DNA of 64,000 nt from assembly GCF_964355755.1 (NCBI RefSeq), contig NC_092674.1, positions 16,492,001 through 16,556,000 of the forward strand, written 5' to 3'. Shown here piece after piece: positions 1-12,832 of the stretch. The notes under the pieces were generated by a model. That model searched no databases, was not told the origin of the DNA, and worked only from the letters and a program-made list of their open reading frames with translations. The position numbers were made by a program, and so were the translations under genes. The number at the start of each line of letters is the position of its first letter. Positions within the stretch are counted from its first letter, which is position 1. The stretch is from Antedon mediterranea. Taxonomy: Eukaryota; Animalia; Echinodermata.

Positions 1-344
1 ACGTTTACGATAGGAATAGTATTAATATAGTTATACGCACGACCGTCGTACCCCCAGCGCGAGCGAGCCCTTCTTGGCAACCACATTGTGTACACAGTAT
101 TCGACTAGTATATTCTCCAGTTGATTATAGCATAGACCTAGCGTACACACTTCTAGGATACATAGATACTAATCGAATACGATTGTCCGTGAAAATGTGC
201 GCCTCTCGATAAAGGATCAAGCAATCGAGGCTAGCCCACATACACGTGCGGTCATGCACTCGATGTTGCGGGTGCGAAACTCATGAATAACAAGTTAGAA
301 AGAACTGACGGAATGGGGGACTTCCCTTTCTTGTTGAGGCTGGG

Positions 345-450
345 CGCGGCCGTCTTATACATCGACGATATACAAAATACCGATATTTTACTCTCAGTTA
401 GAGGGTGCGTCTTATACACAGGTGCGACTTATACACCGAAATATACGGTA
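345..450. mobile_element. Terminus of a Tc1/mariner (Tc2/pogo-like) DNA transposon
   Basis: Repeated GTGCG(T/A)CTTATAC motifs ending ...CCGAAATATACGG|TA, typical of Tc2-type TIRs; the other end is not seen. Confidence 0.55.
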
Positions 451-654
451 CACTAACTTCTAAAATATTTAATTAGGCCTGCTAACAACGACCTACTGTA
501 GTAGGCCTAGCCTAGGCTAGTTTAGACACGGGGCCTAACGCGCCCAAAGCAGAATTAAAGTGTGAAACAAATTATGAATAGATGTTTGAGCTCGTTGTTT
601 TATTCAGTGTGTTTGTTACTCTCAAATTCGCGTACAATTAACAGAGAAATTAAC

Positions 655-693
<39 letters not shown>

Positions 694-929
694 TGACAGC
701 AAACAAACAATTTTTTTTTAGGCCCTATCAGAGTCATTTCCAAGGCAAGAATTTTTCGAAAATCAAGTCGATGTCCATATTATTGACGGGCATTTCTTAG
801 CAAAACTGGGAATCAGTTTATAGCGTGGTTCAACATATTAGTTAAACTAAGACACGTATTGAACATGAAATTAGGTCAATGGTTTTTATCCAGGTTCATT
901 ACATAATGACATTACTAAATTACAACATT

Positions 930-1600
930 AACTAGATTTGAACTCGTCACTCTGAAGAGTTCGGGTTATCCGCGCAAATGCAACATGCACATACATTGAA
1001 AATATATGAATGCCGACAATTATTATGCCATTCTATGACATGAATTAAATAATGTTTACAGTGCTGAATTGTACCTATTTTATGTCATACAGCATAACAG
1101 TATTTACAGAATAAACTGTATATGATATATACAGTGTAGCATAGACGAAATTACGAGACCCATCTTTGAATCCAATTATTAACACTATGACCTCTTTAAA
1201 TTGACATATAAAGATAACTATTTTAGAAGATAATTATCTAAATAATTACATTAATAAAAATTTGAAGAATTTTGGGCATGTAAAAGGGAGATGCGCTCTC
1301 TTTTAAACACGATGAACTTTTACGAAAGAGATGAAAATGTGACTTTTTGAATTCAACTGGTTATATGATGATGTCATGACATCAGATAGACAAAATTTGT
1401 ATATGAATTCATATCTACAATTCAACAGCTTCCATAATAAGTTTTAATCACGTGGGTCATTTTTCATTCCGATGAGCTATAACAGATTGAAATATACTGT
1501 ATAGATGAAATTATGTAACTCACGTTATTATAATTTGTTAATATGATGACGTAATAAAAATTTAAATTTTTTTAACGCATGTGAAATAGAATTGATTTGA
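930..1600 (-). mobile_element. Truncated Helentron-associated non-autonomous element (HINE), same family as 51841/52978
   Basis: ACTAG + stem-loop + GTTATCCGC end is shared with the 51841 and 52978 copies; the body aligns by eye with 53000-53650. Confidence 0.7.
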
Positions 1601-1800
1601 GTATTCTAGGACCTGGGTCAGATTTGTATGCATTTAATTTAGGAGAGAATATCTCAACTGTTATAGGATAATTTGACCCCAACGAACAACATGGAATGTG
1701 TGCCAAATTCGCTATCCGGGAGGAACATGCCCAAAATCGGGGTCAAAGGTTAAAAATGTGTGGTTCTTATATCTCAACAACCACTTGTCGTACAGATTTA

Positions 1801-2752
1801 CTTTTGGTGTCAAATTGTTCAGAATATACATATTTATATTCAGTCTAACACAACTTTTAGCGAAAAAATGATCAGAAATGCTTTTACTGACCTTTGACCC
1901 AAAAATGACCCAAAAACACATTTTCGGGTTAAATTATTCTTTAAAATGCCAATGGACGAACTGTATGGTATTAAATGAAAGCATACACAATATGCTACCC
2001 ATTGCTACCCAACTTGTATTGACAATTTTTAATTTAATGAAGCTAATTGTATGGAAAATGTGCATATTTTGATTATTTTTGTACAAAAATTGAACATTTG
2101 GTAGCATAATTTTTATGTTTATTATATAATATTAAATAATTTAAGTGTTTGGAAAAACTATTTGGTATCAAATGAAAGCCCATAAAATATTCTATCCATT
2201 GCTACCCAACTTGTATTGAAAATCTGTAATTATGATGCTAATTTTGTGAAAAATGTGCATATTTTATTGATTTTTGACAAAAATGAGTATACTAGATAGT
2301 GTAAATTTATTTTGGTTTATTTATAATATTAAATAATTCAAGTGTTCTTTTGGTGTCAAATTGTTCAGAATATACATATTTATATTTGGTCTAACACAAC
2401 TTTTAGCGAAAAAATGACCCGAAATGCTTTTACTGACATTTGACCCAAAAATGACCCAAAAACACATTTCCGGGTTAAATTATTCTTTAAAATGCCAAAC
2501 TGTATGGTATCAAATGAAAGCATACACAATATGCTACCTATTGCTACCCAACTACTTGTATTGAACATTTTTAATTATGAAGATAATTGTATGGAAAATG
2601 TGCATAGTTTGATTATTTTTATACAAAAAATGAATATTTTGTAGCGTAATTGTTATGTTAATTTAAGTGTTTGGAAAAACTATTTGGTATCAAATGAAAG
2701 CCCATAAAATATTCTATCCATTACTACCGAACTTGTATTAAAAATCTGTAAT
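1801..2752. repeat. ~546-bp tandem duplication with ~195-bp internal subrepeats
   Basis: CTTTTGGTGTCAAATTGTTCAGAATATACATATTTATATT at 1801 and 2347; AAATGAAAGC...GCTACCCAACT recurs four times. Confidence 0.8.
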
Positions 2753-2757
2753 TAAGC

Positions 2758-3152
2758 CAACATTAAAAGTCTTTCGGAGATTATGGCCTTGTGAGAGACA
2801 CTCATCCACTAAATGTAAAAATTTGGGTCCGATATTGGTCTTTACGTTCTTGCTGTACGGAGGATTGAACCAAATGATGTTTCTGTTTCGGGTTTTCTTT
2901 TTGGTTGCTTGTTCAGGTGTAGCTCATGTTCATATCCATTATTTCTAAGTGCTTCTTGGTACTGAGGTATTGCTGCATTAAACGAATTTTCCTCGGATGA
3001 GATGTTTGAGAGTCGTTTATTTATTGCTAGTGGTATATTGCGTAATATGGCCGATGATTACTTTCACGGTGTACATATAATGGCGTATTGTTTGGTTTGG
3101 TGTATATGGGTGGAAGGTACCTGTCCTCGGATCGAGTGTTATGTCAAGAATA
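2758..3152 (-). mobile_element. Penelope-like element RT thumb/linker fragment (frameshifted)
   Basis: Translates to LDITLD...NNTPLYVHRESNH...IPLAINKRLSNISS...YQEALRNNGY...RNIIWFNPPYSKNVKTNIG, a PLE hallmark. Confidence 0.85.
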
Positions 3153-3799
3153 CCATCCACGTGTAAAATACAATTATCTCCTTTTCTTTCCCTAAATTTT
3201 CCATTATTTAATGAAGAATAGAATTTGATTAGAATGTATTTTTGTAGCTGTCTATCAGTACTGTTTCCAAAATAAATTAAGATTATGAAGATGTTGACAT
3301 TAATTTTGTTATTGTCTCTTCCACCAGTTGGACAATAAACACATTCTATTGGATAAAGTTGTTTGCAGACCTAAAAGTAGCCACCTTTAATTATGAATAA
3401 TTATGTGATGAAACGTGTTATCAGACACTTTTTTTTTATTATTTATCAAATACTTTACATTTTACCATTTTGTTATGACTTTTTTCTAATTTGAGAATTA
3501 AGAATTCTTGCATTATATGTAAATTATATTTAAATAGGGGTCAAAGGTAAAAAATGACATTTATTGTCAGTTTTTGAGGATAAATCCTCATTAGAGTGGA
3601 TAGCATGTATATTCAACAGTTTTTTTATAAAGTCTGTAATTTTCCCTTTTTCTCAGCATGTTGTTATTTTATTTACATCTTTTAAATTTATTTTTACTTT
3701 AAAACAGAAAAAATTCTTACTGTATGAGAATTCTGTGGAAGGTGTTAAATGTGACAATTGATAGTAACATTTATGATCATTGTTTTAAATAAATATTCA

Positions 3800-4930
3800 T
3801 TAGAGTGGATAGAAATATGTATGTTTTGAACAATCTAAGACAAAAACTCCTCAGGTGAAATAAGGTCAAAAGTTGTATTTCATTAAATGTTATATAAATA
3901 TGGATATTCTGAACAATTTATGACAAAAATAAAGTCTTTATGACCAGGGGTTACCGAGATATGCCCCTCGGGTGGAAACAAGGTAAAAGGTCAAAAGTTG
4001 TATTTCCTGCCAACTTTCAAAAATATTTTTCATTAAATTTTATATAAATATGGATATTCTGAACAATTTATGACAAAAATAAAGTCTTTATGACCAGGGG
4101 TTACCGAGATATGACCCTCGGGTCGAAATAATGTCAAAGGTCAAAAGTGATATTTTCCATAAAATTTCAAAAATATGTTTCGTTAAAGCTAATATAAATA
4201 TGGATACTCCGAACAATTTAAAACAAAAATAAAATCGTTATGACCATTGGTTACCGAGATATGACCCTTATGTAAAAACAAGGTCAAAGGTCAAAAGTCG
4301 TATTTCCGGTCATTTTGTATGTAAATGTTTTATTATAGTACATAGGAAAGTGCATATTCTGAACAATATAAGACCAAAATCAAACCTCTATGATCACTCG
4401 TTGTCAAGATATAGGTCGAATACAAAAATAGTCTAAATTATTGCGAAAATCGTTATGCAATAATGTCAAAGGTCAAAAATGATATTTCCCGTCAAATTTC
4501 AAAAATATGTTCCATTAAAGCTAATATAAATATGGATATTCTGAACAATTTAAGACAAAAATAAAATCTTTATGACCAGGGGTTACCAAGATATGACCGT
4601 TATGTAAAAACAAGGTCAAAGGTCAAAAGTGGCATTTACTGCCATTTTGAACGAAAACTTTTCATTATAGTACATAGAAATGTGCATATTCTGAACAATT
4701 TAAGACCAAAATCAGACCTCTATGATCAGTCTTTGTCAAGTACCGTCTATATTTATGATTTTAATCAATCCAAGATGGCCACCAAAATGGCCTCCAAAAA
4801 ACCCCATGGGACAATATTTCATCTTGGGAACATCAAAAAATGTTAATTACATATACTCAGGATTACAAAAATGTACATTTAAAAAATACATCATGGGGGT
4901 GCACGGTAACCCCTCCTTCCTACCCTACTA
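3800..4930. mobile_element. Academ-like terminus with ~120-bp subterminal tandem repeats
   Basis: Repeated ATATGGATATTCTGAACAATTT...AGGTCAAAGGTCA units, a CAAGATGGCC motif and a ...CTACTA end like the elements at 25084 and 41053. Confidence 0.5.
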
Positions 4931-5729
4931 TTAAAGTTTAACGTACACGTGCGTCGTTATTTTGCAATTAAAGTTCATCAAAATGAATGAAATCTACTAC
5001 TAATATCTATTAGAGGTGTATCCTAGTGAATGTTGTTTCATTGGAATGTGTGTAGGTGCTGAATTTTAAATGAAACTCTATGAAAACATTGCATTTGAAA
5101 ACTGAATACTAAACAAAATTATTAGAAAGAAGGAAATGAGTTTATGTTGCTTTTTTTTTTTTGTTTTTTTTTTTATTTATTCGGTATATAAAAATATATT
5201 ACAAAACGACAATCAAGGACTGAAATGAATTGTATTACAAATGACTAAAAATTAGTTAAAATTGCTATAAAAATAGAAACATCTTATTAAAATTAGATAT
5301 CGTACCATAAAATTAAAAACATACATGAATAAAAAACCTTAAAACATTCACTTATTAACATCTAAAAAGAGCTAGTGGTGCCTATTAATTATATCCACCT
5401 TGGTGGGAACTGGAGACAACCTAAGTCTGCTGGTTTTACAATGAGGTACTTCTAGAAAGCGGTTGAATCTGAGAGACCGAGCTGGCTTATGAAGAGGGGG
5501 AAGTATTTTTCTAAACAGCTCGGATTTTAATAAGCCTTCCCCGAAAGACAACACAAGTTTGTTTCTTCTCTCAACAAGAGTAGGTAAACCAGTAACAGAC
5601 AATGCATGATCATAGCACAAATAGTTGTTACCTAGCATGATACGCAATGCTCTCTTTTGTACCTTTTCAATAGACTTGGACATGTCCTTAGTGCCAAACA
5701 GGAGCAGCATATTCTAAAATAGGTCTTAT

Positions 5730-6354
5730 TGTAATATAGTGTTGCGGTTGTTGAGGTACTAATGAAAGACTCTAACTCGCTTGACTGTCGTAACACATAT
5801 ATTATTTATTCAGTATAATACTTCAGTACAATATACAACTATAAGTATACATAAGGAACGGACAATCAATGATGCTGTCGGTGAGGTGTGAAGTGTGTAG
5901 GTCTGCTGTGAGGTGTGTGCTCCGTGAGGTGGCTGTAAGGTGTGTGCTCCGTGAGGTGGTTGTAAGATGTGTCTGGGCCCTTCTGAAACTTGGGAGTATA
6001 TTGGCTCAGTTCATTTGCATAATGTCATTACATCATCTGTGAGGGTAACGATTGGTCCTAAGTTGATCCAGGGGTGTTTAAGTGGGAGTGATTAACGGTA
6101 TAATAAGGTATTTCTGTGATGGATGACACTGTCAAATCTGTACTTAAATAGTGTCAATCACTCCTGGTTTTAACGATGGGAAAGTCACAAAATTAAGCTA
6201 AGTGTTTTCTTTAGGGACTCTATTATAAACTAAATGGTCATTAAAACATCTGGACAAACTCTCCTTCGGACTTTCTGGATCAAGTTTGTGAACCTATCTG
6301 AATTCCGATACAAAGGTCAATTTCTTAAATATAAAAGTATATCTTTATATCACA
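5730..6354 (-). repeat. 3' LTR of Gypsy 1
   Basis: Last 55 bp identical to 13075-13129; flanked by the PPT and TSD; short internal tandem repeats near 5905-5970. Confidence 0.88.
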
Positions 6355-7156
6355 TCCCTCTGTTTCCCTGTTTTTTTTTCTAATCTATTTAACATATAAA
6401 AATGGTTATAATAGTGGCATGCAAAATTAAAGTTATATAAAAGAAAAAAACATTATTATACATATAAGCAAAATTGAGTTAGCCAAAACCATTGACTCTG
6501 AAGTGTAACCTTATCACTTTCACTCTCTCTCTTCTCTCTCTTAAAAAAAAATGAAATTAAAAATGAATTTGGTATAAAATTCACGTAAATCAAACATAAA
6601 TCATCAAATTAAAACATAAAACTCAAGAAACTGTGGCTGATTAGCCTAAAATCAAAATATCAAACTTAATCACTTAAAACTTTAAAAGAAACAAATGTGT
6701 GTGTCCCGTTGACACAAACTTATCCACAATATATCATTATCGTCACAACTTTATCGATTTAAGCATTTATATTTACAGGTAATTACGATTTCAATCAATC
6801 GACAAATTCGACTTTTGTACTCAATGTCAACAAAATTACAATTAAAAGTACTAAGAAAATCTCCTGTTATTGTATATCAATTAATTAATGCTTGAGATTA
6901 ACGACTCAAAGGTTAAACAAAATATTTGTTACAAAATGATTGTCGTTCCTTTTAATATCTCAATATATCGATCATTCAAAATTCAAAATTAATCATTATC
7001 AAACTCGTTACAAAATCAATACTTAATCATAATTTCAATTCTCTTTTAACTGAAATCACATCATTACTAAACAAATCTCATCAAAAATACGTAGACTATG
7101 CTATCATTAATTTAGCAAATGTCGTAATTTAAAAATAATCTTGCAAAAAAATTAAA

Positions 7157-10100
7157 TCAGTAATTCGTTGCATTATACAAACGTTTTATGAATCGTTTTG
7201 GCGATCCACTTATCGGTATCTGTTTATCTTTAATGATCTCTTTAATCAATTTATCTGTATCGTTATATCTGTCAATATTCCACCAAAATTGGCGATCATT
7301 AGATTCGTGTTTTGTTTCATCAGTGTTGCGTTTGGCTGAAGTCGGTTTAGAATACGAAACTAAAACTTGGAAATGTCCTGCTTTAAATCTACCTCGGTTT
7401 AATGTCATAATTGAATCATTAGGTGCTGTCATAATTAGATTAGTTTGTTCCTTGATTTGTTCTTCTTTCATTTGGAATGGGGCTGCTAATCCCATGTTAT
7501 TCTCTACACAGTCAATGTAAGGTTGAAAGTTAAGGGGTTCTACTTTAGTTGGATGTGTAAGGGTATCTGATTGCAATTGGGTGGGTGTCCTATCATGTTC
7601 GTCTACAAATTCAACATTGGTTTCGTCATTTACTACATTAATGGTGTTTTGGATTTTATCGTTATTATCATCGGTGGGTTCATTCAACAATTGTTTAAGT
7701 TTTTGGAGATGTGTAAAATTTTTGCGTTCTTTGGGTGTTCTCATAAAACAGGGTTTCAGTCTGTTATAATTGAATACGTCGCGAAGTATTTCTCCTTTAA
7801 TCGTCGCTAGGATGTAGTGTGTTCTGTCTAGTACTTCATGAATCACTAATGGTCCGACCCATTCTGCGGCGATTTTCTTTGAATTTGCCGTTAGTGATGA
7901 TGATGTTGGCTTGTATAAATATACGAGTTGTCCTACTGAGTAAATTGGACATTTTTCTAAGCGTTGGGAAATTTTTGAGTTTTGGACGTTTTGTTGTGTT
8001 CGCTGTAATTGTAGCATTGTCTGTGAAATGTTTTGAAATTTCTTCTTGAGATGTTCAAAGTATTCTTCATAGGAATGAGACAATCCTGAAATAGGGTTAA
8101 ATGCTAATGAGGTCAAACTTGGAGGTTGGCGGCCAAAAACTAATTCGTAAGGGGAGTGGTTTCCTAGATGTGGGGATGAAAACGAGTTATAGGCATAACA
8201 TGTTGTTGATACAAATCTAACCCAATCTGTTCCGAATTGGTTAAGGTTCACTTTTAACAGGTCCGATACGGTGCGGATATGACGTTCAACTTGTAAACTA
8301 CCGTGATTGTGGACGCTGATGATTTTCCTATCAATATTAAGGGTGTTACATAATAGTGTTAATAATTTTCCTGTAAGGGAGGTTGCTGCATCTGAAATAA
8401 GACGAGATGGGGGTCCAAAAATACTGATGACCTTTTGAATTAGTGCTTCACAAATTGTTTCGGCATCAATGGATTTCAAAGGTACACAAATCAAAAATCT
8501 AGTTATCTCATCACATACTACCATAATATGTTTAAAACCTGAAGGTGATGTTGGCATACTCTTAAAATCTAGACTGAGTGTATGAAAGGGACGGTAAGTT
8601 GCTGGTACTCGATCGTGTAAAGGACGTAATTTATCGGTTTTGGGACGAAATTGTTGACATCTAAGACACGCTTGGGTATAATTGTTGACTTTCTCGAACA
8701 TAAGGGGCATGTAAAATAATTTCCTAATGGTAAGGTAAGTACGCATCGTACCTTGGTGGCTACTTAACAAATTGTCGTGATACTGAGAAATAACGGTCTC
8801 GGCTAAGTTTTCAGGAACAGCTAATTGCAATACAAATTCTCCACCTTTATCTTGGAAAAATAAACGGAATAGTAAACCGTTGCACAATATGTACTGCTCT
8901 GACTTATTCTGAACTGCACGAGCTGCTTTCTTATCAGCTGGAAGGATATCATGAACTAAATAATCGTAAACTGGCTTAAAAAATGGTGAAGTTTCTTGTT
9001 CAACACGTAATTGTTTAACGTCTACTGGGAGGTTATAATCTCTAATTATCTTTCTTTGAATAACATCCATTAATCTATCTAAGTCTTGTTGTTTTGGGAT
9101 GTGTGCTGACTTAAATTCAGTTATGTTGGGTACTAGTGGTTTGGGCGATGTATACAATTCAACTGGTACATTTCGATGTGTAGTGTCTTTGCTTTGCTTA
9201 TTTTTGTCTACTAGTCGTTCCTCTGGAGGTTGTCGAATGTTTACATTACGTATTGGGGGTGGTGTTACAATGGGTGGCGTTGTGATGGGCGGTGATCGAT
9301 GTGCGTTTGTTTGTTGTCTCGTGATTATTTGCGGTGTAGCGGTAGGTTGAGGTGTAGGTCGCGTGTTTGTTGTCACTGGGTTTTGATTAATGACGGGCGT
9401 TTGTTTGGGTTTGGGTTTATGTAGGTCAGGTATATTTATTCCCATTTGCTTGGCGTATGACCTTGTTACTGGTCTGCTAGTAGATGTGTTTGTAATCGGG
9501 TTAAGAGATGCAGTCTCTGTAATATTAAATGCAATGGGTACAACTTGATCAATTTCGGAATCGTCATCACGAGGGGCTCGGGAGAGGAAATCTGCTAAAA
9601 CTAATTCAGTTCCTTTCTTATAACCAATTTGGAAAATGTATCCGGACAATCGTAATATTAGTTTCTGTAAACGGGGTGTACATGGCTGATCTTTTGAATT
9701 CCAAATTTGTACAATTGCTGAGTGGTCTACGAATGCATCAAATTCGCAACCCTTTAGTAAGTGTCGAAATGCTGAAACGTTAATGTAAAGTCCAAATAAC
9801 TCTAGTTCTGTGACGCTATATCGTTGACAGGCTTGTGGTAAGATTTTGGAATAATAACCTATTATGTGTTCTTTACCGTTTACTGTTTGTGTTAAATATG
9901 AACCTGTTGCGGTTCTTGAAGTGTCGCTATATAGCGTAAATCTACCTTCTTTTCTAGGCATTTGAAGAGTTGGTGGTTTAACCATTAAGTGTTTAATTTC
10001 GTCAAATGCTTTCTGGTGTTCAGTAGACCAACAAAATTTTCGGCGTTTGCTTGCGAGTGTGTGTAACGGACGTAAAATTGATTGTATTTGAGGGAAAAAA

Positions 10101-11870
10101 TGGGATACATAATTTACTGCACCAATAAATCGTTTAGTTTCTTTATGGGTTCGTGGGACTGGCAAATTTCGGATAGCTGCACACCTGTCGCCTAATGGTG
10201 TGATACATGCGTGTCCTGAAGAATTAATCAGGATGGTGTGTCCCATATATTGCACTTTATTCTTGAATAACTTACATTTCTTTGGGCAAATTCTAAAACC
10301 ATTTAATTGTAGGGCTTGTAAAACGGAAACAAGGTGCTGCTTATGAGCAAATTTGTCTTGGCTAAATAAAATAATATCATCATGATGGGCGATACAGAAT
10401 TCTCTAGAATTTGGGATTTCATTTAAAATTTCGTCAATCTTTGCTTGAAATATACCTGGTGAAACGTTTAATCCTTGTGCTAATCTCTTATAATAATAAT
10501 GTTTTCCACCATGATATGAAGCTATACCTGTGTATTGTTGGGCATGTTCGGCTAATGGTACACAGTGGAACGCTGATTTCAAATCAATTACGCTAAGAAT
10601 CTGTGCATTAGCGTTACCTATTGTTTTCAAAGTTTCGGCCAATAATGGGAATGGGTGATTAATACGTTTTATCCTGGAATTTAGATAGCGAAAGTCTGTG
10701 ACAACTCTTTTATCTTTTGAATTTTTCTTTGAAACAAGAAGGACAGGGGAAGTATACGATTGGTGTCCTACTGCTAAGATTCCTAATTTGACTAATTTGT
10801 TCAATTCGGCCTCAATAACATGTTTGTCTTTGTCTGTCGCAAAGTATGGGCGAATAAAAAATGGTTCATCGTTAGAGAGGTGTATGTCAGCTTTGAAGTT
10901 TGGGCAGCTAGATAGTTCACCGTATAGTGAAAATGCGTTTCTGTTTTGTTGTAAGGTTTTATACAAATCTTCTTTTTCTCTATGTATGTGTTAAAACGCT
11001 GTCTGTTAAATCAACTTGTTTTCTAATTATTTCTTCCTCGGTTAAAGTTAGCAATGGGTCTGTACGTTCTAAATGTGGGTACTTGTTTGCGTTGTCATTG
11101 GTCAACTTTATTCTATCAATTGGTAGGTCGTTAGTAACTGTTACAAGGTTGGTTAAGTGAAGGCTCGCGATAGGTTGATGTGTATTTAGAGATACGTTTC
11201 TGTTTGTGTTGTTAGTGATATCAATGTTGGTTTCTCCTCTATGTAATTTTACTAACATATCTGATGGACAAAGTTTTGAAATATGGGTGGTTGCATGTAG
11301 AACAACATCAGAATTGCGTACGAAGGCGGGAACCCTTCCTTTTAATTTAACTGTTTTAGTATCACCGGGTTTAAGAAAAATCTTGTGTACTGGACGAAAG
11401 CTAAAAATCTTTGGTCTAATGCGAAATGTGTTTTCCTTAAAATTTAAAGTACCGTCGAGTTCAGACAATGTTTCGGTTCCAAGTATCAGGTCAATACCTG
11501 TCAAATTTTTAACGATTAATGCTGAAATTTTAAATTTGTGTCCTTGGATAATTAATTCGAATTGCACTAAGTGGTTGGCATATAAGAAGTCACCGTTACC
11601 TAATCGAAATTTGGTTGTGTTCACTTTAACTGGCTTTAAACGCGATAAATAAAGTGAGGAATTAACGTACGATTGTGAGATTATAGTTCTAGTTGAACCA
11701 CTGTCAAATAAAGTTAAAACATTTCTACCATCTGGTAAATTTCCTTTAACGTAATTTCTGTCGTTAAGTAACAAATCAATATTATCTGAATTTCCTAAGT
11801 ATTTTGCCTTAAAATTGTCGTATTTAGTATGGGGGGCCAGATTATAGGCGGCATCTAGTCCCCTTTTTAA
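7157..11870 (-). pseudogene. pol: Gypsy 1 Pol (PR-RT-RNaseH-IN) broken by one 4-bp frameshift
   Basis: PR LFDSGS; RT VIDLKSAFH...HHDD; RH SDTS...ELE...VDH...ADFLSR; IN HHCC, SLDF, LISD, VER. Frameshift at 10982-10989. Confidence 0.92.
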
Positions 11871-12832
11871 AAATCCTGCTGGTGGCTAGGGTAGTAATTG
11901 TTTGACTGTTGGTATGGGTATGGCGGGGGATAGTTTCCGTAAGAGCGGGATTGTTGTCGGCAGTGCCTTGCTATGTGGCCTGGTTTCCCGCAGTAATAAC
12001 AGGTTGGGGGAGGTTGTCTATATCTTGGGGTCGGTGGGGTCTGGAATCGGGGTTTGTATGGGCTTGGGCTTCGGTTTCGTCTTGGGATATAATTTCGGGT
12101 GGGGGAACGTGAGCGTCGAGTATCATCATTAAGGGATCGTTTTGTTGTGGCCATGTCTAACTTGAGAGAATTTATCTCATGTTGGAGCGATTCGAGACTA
12201 TTAGGCCTATCTGTTTCCTTATTGATATTGAATGAAACTTCCCGTGTGGCATCATCTACGGAAAGGTCAAGGTAATTTTGTGTGCTATTTACAATATTTT
12301 CAATAGTGGCATCGATTGGGGTGGACATGGCTACAGCTGCTCTACATTTTGGTGGAAGGGTCGAAATAAATTTATTCTTTATCTGCTGGTCAGCGTATCC
12401 AATTCTGTCTGCGGCTTGTTTGATTTTGGTTAAATGCTTTTCGGCGTTGTCGCCAGTGGTGTATGTAATTGAATCGTATTCTCTTATGTGCGCATAGATT
12501 GATTTGTTTTTACTAAACCTGTTGATGAATTGGGTTTTTAAGGATTCTAGTGAATCGAACTGCTTTCCCTCAATCCAGAGTCTAGCTTGGCCCTGAAGGC
12601 TACGTTTAAAAATACTTATTACATTAATTAATTGGGCATTGTTTACAGGGTTTTCTAACGCGTGGGCCTCAAGGTAGTCGGTAAACGATAAGTAATGTGC
12701 ACTACATTGGTCGTGATCGGTTATGGAACCGTCATATCTTTTGGGAAGGAAATCGGTTTGTCTTAGGTGGGGCACGGGGTGAGGATTGACGGGCTCATTT
12801 AAAATTACTTCGTTATCAACAACGTCGACCAT
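11867..12832 (-). CDS. gag: Gypsy 1 Gag with CCHC zinc knuckle
   Basis: 321-aa ORF with capsid-like LQGQARLW...LKTQFINRF and CYYCGKPGHIARHC. Confidence 0.9.
   Translation of the reverse strand: MVDVVDNEVILNEPVNPHPVPHLRQTDFLPKRYDGSITDHDQCSAHYLSFTDYLEAHALENPVNNAQLINVISIFKRSLQGQARLWIEGKQFDSLESLKTQFINRFSKNKSIYAHIREYDSITYTTGDNAEKHLTKIKQAADRIGYADQQIKNKFISTLPPKCRAAVAMSTPIDATIENIVNSTQNYLDLSVDDATREVSFNINKETDRPNSLESLQHEINSLKLDMATTKRSLNDDTRRSRSPTRNYIPRRNRSPSPYKPRFQTPPTPRYRQPPPTCYYCGKPGHIARHCRQQSRSYGNYPPPYPYQQSNNYYPSHQQDF

Noticed and set aside
658-691. 34-nt poly(A) as a retrocopy tail
   Set aside because: No identifiable body or TSD.
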